A stretch of 64,000 nt of DNA from the IMG/VR virus record IMGVR_UViG_3300006853_000015, one strand, 5' to 3'. Of the stretch, positions 42,986 through 52,672 are shown in pieces. The DNA comes from a virus. The position numbers were made by a program, and so were the translations under genes. How positions within the stretch are numbered: the first letter of the stretch is position 1; the number at the start of each line of letters is the position of its first letter. Below the pieces are notes generated by a model. The model had not been told where the DNA came from, did not search any database, and saw only the letters and a list, made by a program, of their open reading frames with translations.

Positions 42986-45316
42986 TTAGGCCGGAACAGG
43001 CGTCACATAGTGAACGCGAGAAGCAACGTGGTAGGTGCTGCCCGCCGCGTTGGTGTCGCCTTCCTGCACGATTACGAATGATGTTTCGCCAGCGGGCAAA
43101 GTGTTGAAGAGGTAAGTGCGGCGAATGCGCTTCACGTTACCGCTGATAACCTCCAGAACCTCGTCAGCCTGAGAAGCCGCACCCTCTGTGGTTGGCGTAC
43201 CGGCCGGGTCGAACACGATTGAACAATCGTGATCATGCGGCTGAGTGGGAGGGCCGCCACCAATATGGTCGTCGAAGTATTCCAGCTCCGTTTCAACGGT
43301 GATGGAAGCTGTATTGCCAGCCACAGCGCCCGTGATCGGGATGGTGATGGCTTCCGAGACATGCTTGAACGTCAGTTTGGGCCGCGCAAGCTGCACCGTG
43401 CTTCCGGTAAGCTTGATGCCCGCTTGAATGTCCTGCGTTCCCACGAAGCGGATGCGCGCACGCACCAGCGGCGGGGCAGATGCGAAAGGATCGCTTTCGC
43501 CAGCAACAAGCGCCGTCCAATCCGTTGCGCCGTTCGGCAGAACTTCGAAAACAGCCTGACAGCTTTCCGGCGTTACCATATCGGCCATAGCATCGATATA
43601 GCGGATGCCTCCGTCAAGGTTCCACGCTTCCAGCTCCACCGTGGAAATCGCGTTGTTGAACTTCGCGGCGTACAGCCTGAAGACGATATCCCGCGTAAGA
43701 TCGCCCTGGAAGAACGCGCCGTCCGTGCTGTAGAAGAACGAGCCGTCCAGGAAGCGCGAGCCGCTTGACATTGCGATTTGGTGATTTGCATTCGACACGA
43801 AGACGAATGCATAGCGGCGGCCCGCCTTAAGGAAGGTTGGCGGGATGGCAAACGCAATGAAGCTGTCTGAGATCAGGTTGGCGTGGGGAACCGTAACCTT
43901 CGCAATGGTTTTGCTAAGATCGGGCACGCCCGCCGTAAGCTCGCAGATAGCCACATGCACGTTTTCGTTGCCGCCCTTGGCGATGAGGCGGAATTCCAGC
44001 TTCGTTGCCCACATATCATTTGGAGCAAGGAACGACTGCGCAACAAGCGCGCCGGTAATCGAATGATTGACCGGAAGCGTATACCAATACGGCTCTGTGA
44101 TCCTGTCGCGGAATATCTGCTTTAGGTAGATAGCCGCATGCTGTTGCGTCATATCGGCAACGTTCAACACTTCGAACGTTTCGCCAGCGCGCTCGAAGTT
44201 GCCCGTAATCGGGTTGAACTGGCCTGACTTCCACCACGAAGAATTCGTGCACGCGGTAAACACAGCACCATAGCGCAGCCTCTCGCGTGACATGGTGCCC
44301 TGTATCAGGTCGAAAGTCTGGAAGCCGTACTGCGAGATGCCAAGGGCGTGCGTTGTGATGTCGTTATTGATGCGAAGTGAGTGCGTCCAGGCCGGGAGCA
44401 GAAAGCCGTCCGTCTTGGATGCGTTGGGATCGTTCGCAGAGAAGATATCCATTTCAAGGATATCGGCGTTTGCATCGGGAAAGCGGATACCCATCTCCAC
44501 CTTCGCGTCGTAGCCAAGCGCAAAGGTGTTGTCAACGTCGCTTTCCAGCGCGTCCAGGAAACGGTCGGCCCCATAGCCGCCCTCATCGGGAAGCTCTGCA
44601 AGCTCCTTCAGCGTGGCGATATCGCGCCAAATCTGATGAAGGTCTTGGTTGCTGCCGCGATTTTTCATCGCCTCCCAAAGCGCGGCGATATCGCCCTTGA
44701 GACCCGCGATGATTGGCTCGAATGTGGTCTTGAACAGCTCCAGCGCCCGCGCACGCAAGTCCAGGTCTTCGGTGCTTTCCACTTCGTTGAGCGGGGCCAT
44801 GGTAACGGAGACAACCTGTGTGGTGTCTACCAGAACCGTGGCAACAAGCACGTGCGTTGCGGGAATGGCCGGGGTGGTGGGGTCCGTGCTTTCCGAGCCA
44901 GGAATGAAGCTGATAACGGCCTGCCGCGCCAGCGTAATTGACACGCTTTCGCTTTCCGTCTGGCCGGTCTCCACGTCCACAAGCACTTCGCGCTCAACCA
45001 AATCGGTGTCCACGGTATTGCCCGAAGCCGTGATTGCCACGATGCGGCGGGAAGCCGCCGCAAGATGGGAAATCACGCTCTGAACAATCGGCGTACCGCG
45101 ATTGAAAATTGAGCCGTTGCTGTCGTAGAAGCGGCCCGCCTGGACGGTAACTTCTGCCTGTGCCGACTTGGTTACAGCAAAACCCGCGTAACGGCGGGTT
45201 TTCGTAACTGCATCGAATGTCAGATGATCGAGACTTTCAGCAGCATAGGCTTGCAGATTGTTATGATCCGAGGCCGTCTGCTCCTGATAATCAGCGAATT
45301 TGACCCTTCTTTCCAT
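42986..45316 (-). CDS. Large baseplate / tail-associated structural protein
   Basis: 776-aa beta-rich protein directly after tail protein I, in the fibre position. Confidence 0.7.
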   Translation of the reverse strand: MERRVKFADYQEQTASDHNNLQAYAAESLDHLTFDAVTKTRRYAGFAVTKSAQAEVTVQAGRFYDSNGSIFNRGTPIVQSVISHLAAASRRIVAITASGNTVDTDLVEREVLVDVETGQTESESVSITLARQAVISFIPGSESTDPTTPAIPATHVLVATVLVDTTQVVSVTMAPLNEVESTEDLDLRARALELFKTTFEPIIAGLKGDIAALWEAMKNRGSNQDLHQIWRDIATLKELAELPDEGGYGADRFLDALESDVDNTFALGYDAKVEMGIRFPDANADILEMDIFSANDPNASKTDGFLLPAWTHSLRINNDITTHALGISQYGFQTFDLIQGTMSRERLRYGAVFTACTNSSWWKSGQFNPITGNFERAGETFEVLNVADMTQQHAAIYLKQIFRDRITEPYWYTLPVNHSITGALVAQSFLAPNDMWATKLEFRLIAKGGNENVHVAICELTAGVPDLSKTIAKVTVPHANLISDSFIAFAIPPTFLKAGRRYAFVFVSNANHQIAMSSGSRFLDGSFFYSTDGAFFQGDLTRDIVFRLYAAKFNNAISTVELEAWNLDGGIRYIDAMADMVTPESCQAVFEVLPNGATDWTALVAGESDPFASAPPLVRARIRFVGTQDIQAGIKLTGSTVQLARPKLTFKHVSEAITIPITGAVAGNTASITVETELEYFDDHIGGGPPTQPHDHDCSIVFDPAGTPTTEGAASQADEVLEVISGNVKRIRRTYLFNTLPAGETSFVIVQEGDTNAAGSTYHVASRVHYVTPVPA

Positions 45317-46544
45317 AAACTTGGTCCTTTGTCGGTAATCCCACGATGAAGTCTTTCTCGCCCGCTAAGAACAGCTCTCCGGCCGTTATCTGCGGACGCC
45401 AGCGGGTGAAGTACAGCAACTTGTCGCTGTCCCTCTTGCTGGCCGTTAGCGCCAATCTGGTTTCCCTTACCCGCGAAAGGTCGTGGGGTATCCAGAAGCG
45501 GAGACGCGGGGCAAGAATTCCCTCACCAGCCGCAAACCTACTGCGCTTACCGGGCATGGATAAACGCAGGTAGGCGATATGGCGCGGGAAGCTGTAGCGT
45601 CCCACGCCCATAAACTGACACGCGGGGCGGCGCTGCAAGCCGCGCCCGTCGTTGATTGCATAGCGTTCAAACACCAACCGCCAAGCCGTGGAAGGCCGGA
45701 AGAAGCCCGTGCGCATGAACGTATTGGAGAATACCCGGAAGCCGCGCGTTCCGTTCTCGCGCACAAGCTCCGGTTCCATCGTAACCGGCCGCACCGTGGC
45801 AAAGGCCGATTGACGCCATGGTGCGCGCGTTACCGGCTCAATCGCCACGATGAGCCGCCCCGCCGTGGAGGGCTGGAAGAACTTCTTCCGGTCTATGATG
45901 GAATTGGCAAACACCTTGCTTCCGCGTTCACCGCGAAAGTGGAGGAAGAAGGCCAAGCCATCGATCCTTACGCGCACTTCCGTTTCAACGCCGTTCACCA
46001 CGTAGCGTGCGCGCCGGGTTAAGAGCGTGCCCGCCGTGCTGGGCAACAGCCACTGATTTTCAAAAAAGCTATGGAAGTTGCGGTTAAGGCGGTCTGTGCC
46101 CGCGAAGGTCTTGCGGCCCTTCGTGCCGCGTTCCTTCGTGCGCCATGTGCGTATCTGCGGAAGCTGGCTAAGCCATGCTTCCCGCTCTTCACGGGTAAGA
46201 GAAGGCCCGCTAAATACGCCTTCCGGTGGGACGGTATATTCGAAGAGCGCTCCGGGGCTGTATCGCAGATACATGATGATGCCCTTGAGCGTTCCTTTCG
46301 CCCGGTGCATCTCGATGGAGTTGGCAATGATGGAACGCCGCTGAAGCAACGGCCAATTATCATTCCACAGGTCCACGCTGAAAGCGTGCGCAAGCACCTT
46401 TAGGAATGGCTCGGGGCATGTCCACGGGTTCCATATCTCGCGCGTTGGGGCCTTTATGGCCTCGCTGCGCTTCTCCACGGCCGAGAGCGCCTTGTTAAAG
46501 GGCGTCTCGGCGTTGGGTAATAGATGGTCCTTATCTGGGATCAT
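45291..46544 (-). CDS. P2 gpI-like baseplate/tail protein, extended
   Basis: HLLP.AETPF.KAL...WNPWTCP..FL..LA.A.SVD.W...WP...RR..I..S...HR.KGT..GI. Confidence 0.88.
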   Translation of the reverse strand: MIPDKDHLLPNAETPFNKALSAVEKRSEAIKAPTREIWNPWTCPEPFLKVLAHAFSVDLWNDNWPLLQRRSIIANSIEMHRAKGTLKGIIMYLRYSPGALFEYTVPPEGVFSGPSLTREEREAWLSQLPQIRTWRTKERGTKGRKTFAGTDRLNRNFHSFFENQWLLPSTAGTLLTRRARYVVNGVETEVRVRIDGLAFFLHFRGERGSKVFANSIIDRKKFFQPSTAGRLIVAIEPVTRAPWRQSAFATVRPVTMEPELVRENGTRGFRVFSNTFMRTGFFRPSTAWRLVFERYAINDGRGLQRRPACQFMGVGRYSFPRHIAYLRLSMPGKRSRFAAGEGILAPRLRFWIPHDLSRVRETRLALTASKRDSDKLLYFTRWRPQITAGELFLAGEKDFIVGLPTKDQVYGKKGQIR

Positions 46545-47458
46545 TCAGTGACCGCTGTAACGATTACCGAAGTGGGATAGGCCGCTTGATACGGGTTGCA
46601 GATGATATCTGCGGCAGGCGACAGGATTTCCACGCGCCGCACGTTGGCGATATAACCGGCCCCGCCCAAGACGTTCAGGTAAACTTCGGCCCCGATGCGA
46701 TAGCGCGCGATGGCCGCCGCCGTGATCGCGGTTTCAACCGCGTCAATGATTTCAGCCGGTATCGGTCCAGGCGGAATAGTGATCCGAGCTTCAATCTCAT
46801 ATTCGATGATGGTTGCCGAAGCCACGTCCCAAACATCGGTAAGGGGCATGGCCCCGCGATCTTCCAGCGCTTCGCGCACCTTGTTGATTGTGCCGATTGT
46901 GGTAGGCGCGCCGCCGTCTTCCAGAAGGCGGATGCGCACCTCTCCAGGCTTCCCATGAACGGCCGGGCCGTTGCACACGATATCACGCAAGCCAGGAACG
47001 GCGGTAAGCGCACGGAAGATAATCCCGTCTTCGCTTCCCGCCGCTGGCGCGGCGAAGCCGGTAAGGTAACGGACGAGAAGTTGCGTGTCCGTTTCCATGA
47101 TTGGCACTTGCGTCTCAGGATCAACCCCGGTTTGCAGCCGCGCGATATTCGCGCGGGCAACAATGTTTTCCAGGTCTGCGCCCTGTGCATAGGCAGGGAG
47201 AACAGCACGCACGGCGCTATTCACCCGCGCACGCATCAGCACTTCGCGAAGTGCGCCAACCTCTTGGGCAATCTTGATAGGGTCTGTTTCCAGCGCCCCA
47301 ACGTCATAGGGGAAGCCTGCAAGCGTGGCAAGCTGTTGAAACAGCGCCATGCGCTCCGCAATAAGCGCCTCACTGTCCAGCGTTGCGATTGCATCGGGCC
47401 GGGGCAGGAATTGCGTATTGATGATCGGGGCAAGGAAGTTTTCAATGTCTATCGTCAT
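46541..47458 (-). CDS. Baseplate assembly protein J
   Basis: LETDPI....E..ALRE...RARVN.AVRA..PAYAQGADLE, AAGS..G..FRAL, PLTD. Confidence 0.92.
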   Translation of the reverse strand: MTIDIENFLAPIINTQFLPRPDAIATLDSEALIAERMALFQQLATLAGFPYDVGALETDPIKIAQEVGALREVLMRARVNSAVRAVLPAYAQGADLENIVARANIARLQTGVDPETQVPIMETDTQLLVRYLTGFAAPAAGSEDGIIFRALTAVPGLRDIVCNGPAVHGKPGEVRIRLLEDGGAPTTIGTINKVREALEDRGAMPLTDVWDVASATIIEYEIEARITIPPGPIPAEIIDAVETAITAAAIARYRIGAEVYLNVLGGAGYIANVRRVEILSPAADIICNPYQAAYPTSVIVTAVTE

Positions 47459-47461
47459 GCA

Positions 47462-47911
47462 TCACCCCGTTGCCAGGAAGCCGCCTTGCAGCGCATCCCG
47501 CTGGATGTTCACGGCTTGGCCGTACCACTCAACCACCACAATCCGCGCGCCCTCCGATGTGAAATCGTCAAGGTGGCCGCGCGGCAGATAGAAGCCTTCC
47601 AGGCCAACGCGAAGCCGCCCAAGGCGAAGTTCATCAGGCGTGGAAAGGATACGCACCTGTGAAAGCTTGAAGCGGGGCTCCAGCTCCAGGGCCACATAGA
47701 TGGACGTGAAGAACTGAACAACTATCTGTGGCGAAATGTTTTCGCCAAGTAGGCGCGGGATGAACGAGCCAAACCAGCGGCGTAACGGCCTAAGGCCGAA
47801 ATAGGTCTGGAAAATGCATTCCAGGCTGTTTTCGACATGCTTCCAGCCTGAGACAGGCTTGCCCGTATGGCGGTCAACTCCGCTTCCGGGTCTGATTGCG
47901 TAGACAGCCAT
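47462..47911 (-). CDS. Baseplate gpW / gp25-like protein
   Basis: GVDRHTGKP..GW.HV..SL..IF.T..G.R..RR.FGS..P.L...ALE.EPR. Confidence 0.9.
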   Translation of the reverse strand: MAVYAIRPGSGVDRHTGKPVSGWKHVENSLECIFQTYFGLRPLRRWFGSFIPRLLGENISPQIVVQFFTSIYVALELEPRFKLSQVRILSTPDELRLGRLRVGLEGFYLPRGHLDDFTSEGARIVVVEWYGQAVNIQRDALQGGFLATG

Positions 47912-48552
47912 TTTTCAGCCGCTCTCATAATCTCTGGGATGTGCGGACGTAGGGCCGCTGCAATGGCGTCAGCCAATTGCACGTGCTCCCGTTGGGTTGT
48001 TGCTTGGTCGCGGCGCACGGCCATATAGTGCAGCCACGAACGGATTGTACCGTTGACGTAAAGACGGCTTGGCGTAAGCCCTTCCGGAAGCACCACGCGG
48101 GCGCACTCCTTGGCGATGCCGTTGCGGATTGCCCACTCGTAATCGTCTATGGCGCGGTCAGCCAACGCCTTTTGCCGCCGTTCCCATGCTCTTACCAGTT
48201 CATAGTCGAAGCACGGAAGCGATGCCTGACGGTTTTTGGGGTCTTGCATCCGCGTTTCGCGTATGATCGTGTCCCGCTTGATCTGCGAGACGTTGGCATA
48301 GCGTTGCGAGAATTCCTGAAAGCTGCACGACCTGTGCCGCAGAAGCTGCCGCGCTATATCGCGCGGCGCTTCGATGGAAAGGCAGGCGTTGCCAAGTTCA
48401 AACGGCGACCAATGGTGGTTGCGGATAAGGTAGCGGATAAGCTTCTCGTTGTTCTCGCCTGCCGCTTGGCTTTTGGGGCTGGACACGCGCGCCGCGTATA
48501 CGATGGCCTTTTCACAATCCGGCGTGATCCAAACCAGGGAAGCTTTGATCAA
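47722..48552 (-). CDS. thyX: Flavin-dependent thymidylate synthase
   Basis: IVYAARVS, HWSPFE, RQLLRHRSCSFQEFSQRY, ARVVLP, RSWLHY...TQREH. Confidence 0.95.
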   Translation of the reverse strand: MIKASLVWITPDCEKAIVYAARVSSPKSQAAGENNEKLIRYLIRNHHWSPFELGNACLSIEAPRDIARQLLRHRSCSFQEFSQRYANVSQIKRDTIIRETRMQDPKNRQASLPCFDYELVRAWERRQKALADRAIDDYEWAIRNGIAKECARVVLPEGLTPSRLYVNGTIRSWLHYMAVRRDQATTQREHVQLADAIAAALRPHIPEIMRAAEKWLSTQSDPEAELTAIRASLSQAGSMSKTAWNAFSRPISALGRYAAGLARSSRAYLAKTFRHR

Positions 48553-49103
48553 GCATCATCCTCCGGAACACCAGAGAAGCCGGAACCGGGCATGGTGTCT
48601 TTATGCCGATGGCTTCCGTCTATCTTCTGGTTATTGTGCTTCATCTTCCCGCCCTGTTGATCGTAACCGTCTTTTTTGAAATCGAAGGTGGTTCCGTCTG
48701 CGGTTATCTTCATTTGACCATCGCGGAATTCAAGCTTTGTCTTTCCAAGCGTCATAACCACTTCTTCTTCACCCGGCTTATCGCCTTTTTCACTTGGCGA
48801 CGGGTTCTGATCCGACCACGTAAGTGGATGCGCCACAGCTTGTTCAAAATCGCCGCCCGGTGAAAACATGGTCATGGTTTGCCCCACGGACGGCGGGGCG
48901 TGGATTTTCAGGGCTCCGGCCTGTTGCCCGTATGGAACCCATGGGCCAAGAAAATCTTGGCCCTGGTCATCCTTGCCCAGCTTCAGCCGAACGCGCTGTT
49001 TCTTGGTATCCACTTCCGCAACCGTGCCGTGGCGCATTTGGTTGGCAACGCGCCTTTCAAGCTCTGTGATGCGTGATAGAAGGTGCGAGATTAACTGTTG
49101 CAT
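48549..49103 (-). CDS. Baseplate assembly protein V (spike)
   Basis: RHGTVAEVD..K.RVRL...GPWVP...AG......PPSVGQ......PGGD; C-terminal H-x-H (SHRHKD). Confidence 0.92.
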   Translation of the reverse strand: MQQLISHLLSRITELERRVANQMRHGTVAEVDTKKQRVRLKLGKDDQGQDFLGPWVPYGQQAGALKIHAPPSVGQTMTMFSPGGDFEQAVAHPLTWSDQNPSPSEKGDKPGEEEVVMTLGKTKLEFRDGQMKITADGTTFDFKKDGYDQQGGKMKHNNQKIDGSHRHKDTMPGSGFSGVPEDDA

Positions 49104-49115
49104 CTTAGACCTACG

Positions 49116-49212
49116 TTAAAACGCCATAGGAAGCCACAGGAGCGGCGAAACTGATTTTTAGGTACGCGGGTAGCCGGAACAGCTTTCGGGGCTGTGCGGG
49201 GCTTAAAACGCC
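49116..49212 (-). repeat. Dispersed ~100-bp palindromic element, copy D (inverted)
   Basis: Arms AAGCCACAGGAGCGGCGAAAC / GCTTTCGGGGCTGTGCGGGGCTT; minus-strand core GGCTA-CCCGC-GTACCT at 49160-49175. Confidence 0.75.
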
Positions 49213-49215
49213 ACG

Positions 49216-50046
49216 CTACGGCAAGACGGGATCATCATCACCCGGCTCTTGCGGAACGTTGAACTCCACCTCCTCTTGTGTGAACTCATGTTCACCCGCA
49301 CCAAGGCGGCCAGAAGTAAGCGGCGGGATAACTTCTTCGCCGGTAAGCGGCGAAAGATAGGCGGGGCCAATGCCAAGGCCGTAAGCCATATCGAGATTAA
49401 GGCCAAGCTCCTGCATCGCCTGCACCCACGTTTCAGGTGGGTTTGTGCCAATCATCGAGCGCGCGATGATTTCGGCAACGCCTGTCTCGCCATCTGCGGT
49501 TAGGTTGGCGATAAGATCAGACCAAGCGTGCGATGGGGCCTGATTAACGGCAGGCTCGCCGATACTGCACACAGAAAGGATAAGCTGCCGCGCGGCGAAG
49601 CGGTGCCCTTGATCGTTCGCGGCCCCGCGCTTTGAAACGGATTTCTTGATACCCGTAACAGTCTTGCGCCACAGCTTGGCCCATTTGCCCTCGCCGCCCA
49701 TCAGCGCGCGCCAAATCTGCCGTTCAATGATATCGATGCCCAGCTCTATGGCCGGGTCAGTAGCCGGGATGATGATTGCCGATTGCCCGTTTTCCGTGTC
49801 GTTAATCCGGGTTGAAACAACAATCTCGAAAACAAGGTCTATCGTGTGGTCTCCATCAAACCACTGCTTACCGTTGGTTTCCGAAACTGATAAATCGGTG
49901 AAAACGTTGATGAGCGGCTTGGCATCATCGCCCATATAGGGCTCGGGATCGCCAAGGCTATCATGGACGTTTTGCATTGCGTAGGTAGAGCCCTCTCGCA
50001 AGGCGCGCACGGCTGACGTGCGCAAAGCAACCCGTATAAGGCTCAT
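49216..50046 (-). CDS. Tail completion / neck protein (hypothetical)
   Basis: Lies between the head-tail joining gene and the baseplate genes; MSLIR.ALR.SAV.AL...RQI.RAL...WA.LW...R.AARQ. Confidence 0.6.
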   Translation of the reverse strand: MSLIRVALRTSAVRALREGSTYAMQNVHDSLGDPEPYMGDDAKPLINVFTDLSVSETNGKQWFDGDHTIDLVFEIVVSTRINDTENGQSAIIIPATDPAIELGIDIIERQIWRALMGGEGKWAKLWRKTVTGIKKSVSKRGAANDQGHRFAARQLILSVCSIGEPAVNQAPSHAWSDLIANLTADGETGVAEIIARSMIGTNPPETWVQAMQELGLNLDMAYGLGIGPAYLSPLTGEEVIPPLTSGRLGAGEHEFTQEEVEFNVPQEPGDDDPVLP

Positions 50047-50435
50047 TTAACCACCGATAGCCGATAGGTGCGGTCGCCGGAAGGCGTAACAGGCAGGCAC
50101 CAGACCACGGCATAGGTCTTGCCCTGGAAAACTACGTGGTCTTTCTCGCGAATGGCATAGCCAATCGTTAGGAGATCATCGCGAGATATCCAAAGCTCGG
50201 ACAGGCCGGAAGCAACGCGAGTTGCCCCAACCAAGCCCGAGCCCTGCGATGTGCCTTGAGTGCGCTGAGCCGCAACCTCCTGCGAGAAAACAGCCTTGAC
50301 GGTTTTCTGCGGTCGCGCACCATCCACGGACGTTCCATAGTCGGAACCGTTTTGCGGGATGATAAGCACGGTATCGCCGAAAGCGACAACCTGTGCCGCC
50401 TGAGCTTGGCGGTCCAGTTCATCAAAGTCACTCAT
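50043..50435 (-). CDS. Head-tail joining protein
   Basis: Follows the major capsid gene; FGD.V.I.P...I...D.V.F.G.TY.V......G...L. Confidence 0.7.
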   Translation of the reverse strand: MSDFDELDRQAQAAQVVAFGDTVLIIPQNGSDYGTSVDGARPQKTVKAVFSQEVAAQRTQGTSQGSGLVGATRVASGLSELWISRDDLLTIGYAIREKDHVVFQGKTYAVVWCLPVTPSGDRTYRLSVVK

Positions 50436-50490
50436 CGCATACCTTTGGATAGTTATGCGGCGGGGCTAGAAGCCCGCCGCTGTTATGGGC

Positions 50491-51528
50491 CTAGGTCCGC
50501 TTACCACGGAACAGCGCGCCGGGCATGATGCAGACGGGAAGCGGATACTGTGCAATCTCCACCTCAACATGCGCATCGCGGCCAGAAACGTCCGGCAGAA
50601 CCCACGAATAGAGCTTCTGACCGAGCGTGTTGACGTACTGCATACCTTCGGCCGGGGCAAGCACCCACTGGAAGATACCAGCGCCAAGCGGGAAGATGCG
50701 GCATTCATCGGTTGGAATGCCTACCTTCTTCTTCGCGTACATGCTATCGGTGCCCCGATAATTCCACCACGACATACCGCCGAAGTCAATCATCTGGTAG
50801 GCCGCGCCGATCCTGTCGGAAGTTGCGGCGGCCGGGGTATTCAGATAGCGCTCGCGAACTTCCTTGTGCGCCGAGAAGTTGTCATAGAAGTTGTCGCCGC
50901 ACAGGGCCGTCCACTGGACCGCGTTGCCGCCGATGCCGAAAAGCGCGTCCATGCCCTTCCGCTGCATATCAACGATCTTCTGGCGAAGCGCGTTGTTCGC
51001 GGGGGAAGCGTTGTCCAGGTCGAAATCGATCACGGATTGCCGAGACTGCGAAAGCTCGGTGCACCAATCATAGATCGTGGAGCCGTCCGTATCCTTGAAC
51101 GTGCCGTCGATCAGATTGAGCAGGTGGTATTCTTCCGTAAGCTGCATATCGGTGCGCATTTCGGCCTGCCGCATGGCCACTTCGGTCATGATGGCTTCCA
51201 GCTCGGTCTCGCTGCCGAAAGCACGGATGCCCTGAACTTCGTCCGCGCGCATCTTGCTCTGAAGCGCAATTCGCGTGGTTTCGAAGTTGCGCATCTTGCG
51301 CTTGTCGCGGCCCTTGTGCGGGAAGGGCGTTCCGCGTTCCGTGATGTGGATAAGCGCCGGGGCGTGCGAACGCTCTTCGATGTACACGCCAAGCGTGCGC
51401 ACGGGCCGGTCCTGAACAAGGCCGGGCATTGCGCGAAGGAAGCCGGGCACATACCCGATTTTCTGCACAGCGGCAGTCATCGAGATCGCCGAGAAGGCAT
51501 CCTGATGGAAAACGTCCATAGTGATCAT
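50491..51528 (-). CDS. Major capsid protein (lambda gpE family)
   Basis: DVF..DAFS.ISMT.AV....YVP, R.F.T.RIA..S...A.EVQG.RAFG, TEEYH.LN.I.G, Q.PLPVC..PG.L..G. Confidence 0.93.
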   Translation of the reverse strand: MITMDVFHQDAFSAISMTAAVQKIGYVPGFLRAMPGLVQDRPVRTLGVYIEERSHAPALIHITERGTPFPHKGRDKRKMRNFETTRIALQSKMRADEVQGIRAFGSETELEAIMTEVAMRQAEMRTDMQLTEEYHLLNLIDGTFKDTDGSTIYDWCTELSQSRQSVIDFDLDNASPANNALRQKIVDMQRKGMDALFGIGGNAVQWTALCGDNFYDNFSAHKEVRERYLNTPAAATSDRIGAAYQMIDFGGMSWWNYRGTDSMYAKKKVGIPTDECRIFPLGAGIFQWVLAPAEGMQYVNTLGQKLYSWVLPDVSGRDAHVEVEIAQYPLPVCIMPGALFRGKRT

Positions 51529-51620
51529 GCGTTAGATCATCCTTTGGAGATTGAAGACGTGACAGTTCATCCCGCCGCCCGAAGACGGCGGGGTATGTGG
51601 TTAGATCAGGCTAGCCGGGG

Positions 51621-52613
51621 CTAGCTGTTCTGCGGATAGAGCGGGTCGTTCGCGCCGCGCACGCGAATTTGCAGAAGGTCGCGAAGCTGCCGCTCGGCCG
51701 CCCGCTTCTGCTCTTCGGTCATGCCGGACTTCCATTCCAGCGCGCCGCCGAAAACTTCAGCCTGCCGAACAACGAAAGCCGCCTTGGTTGTGGACGGGTT
51801 TGCAGAGGTGACGCCTGCATAGATCACGCCGGACGGGGCCGCGTGCGCAGCCGGGTCGAACTCCTTCCACTCGAAGTCATCCACGTTCAGGTTCACGTCC
51901 ACGTAAACTTCTTCGCCAGCGGTAAAGTCGGTGCCGCCATCGGCCAGGGTGAACTTGATTTCGCCGTTGTACGCCGAGCCAACCGCGCCAGCCAGCGCCA
52001 GCTTAAAGCCGTTCGGGTCGTAAACGTCGAAAGCAGCCGTTGCGCCGGTTGTGGTCATCACCAGCTTGTAGCGGCCCTGTTTCACCGTAGCCGCGTCAAC
52101 AGCGGGGCTTGCTGCCGTAAGAACGCCATCGCCAAGGCCAAGGCGCTCTGTCTGGGAAAGCTTCCCGTAAACGTCGGCAATATCGATATACCAGCGGTCG
52201 CCAACGCCGATTGCGCCGGATGCGTTGGGAATGGTGAACTTCACAATGCCGGTGAAAGCAACGTTCTGGGTTGCCTGCCCCACGAATGAACCATCCGGGG
52301 CATAAACGCCGAACTGCGCATTGTTGTCGGCTCCGGCGTTGGTTTCGGCAACGATACACTCAACGGTGTAACGGCCATAAGCCGCCCCGGCCGCGAAGGC
52401 CGGGTTAGCCAGGGTAAGGGCCGCCGCGCTGTCGTTGTCGCTGTCGGTTGTTGCGGTTGCGGCCTTATTGGCTTCCGTTGGCACCTTCACCACAACGTGG
52501 CCGGACTTCAGCGTTTGGGAAGCGGCAACCTTGCCCGCTTCGCGCGACTGGTGCCCGTTGGCCTCCGAGATAAGGAATTCGCCGGGGTGACGGCCTTCCG
52601 TCAAAGTTGTCAT
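51621..52613 (-). CDS. Head decoration protein with two inserted beta domains
   Basis: MTTLTEG.HPGEFL.SEA.GH.SRE N-terminus and R.AEV...LEW...A.RQL C-terminus; located between the protease and capsid genes. Confidence 0.85.
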   Translation of the reverse strand: MTTLTEGRHPGEFLISEANGHQSREAGKVAASQTLKSGHVVVKVPTEANKAATATTDSDNDSAAALTLANPAFAAGAAYGRYTVECIVAETNAGADNNAQFGVYAPDGSFVGQATQNVAFTGIVKFTIPNASGAIGVGDRWYIDIADVYGKLSQTERLGLGDGVLTAASPAVDAATVKQGRYKLVMTTTGATAAFDVYDPNGFKLALAGAVGSAYNGEIKFTLADGGTDFTAGEEVYVDVNLNVDDFEWKEFDPAAHAAPSGVIYAGVTSANPSTTKAAFVVRQAEVFGGALEWKSGMTEEQKRAAERQLRDLLQIRVRGANDPLYPQNS

Positions 52614-52672
52614 ATAGAACCTCTGATTTTGTAACTGTGTGAGACGGCCCGCCCGCTAGGCGGGTCCGGCTG

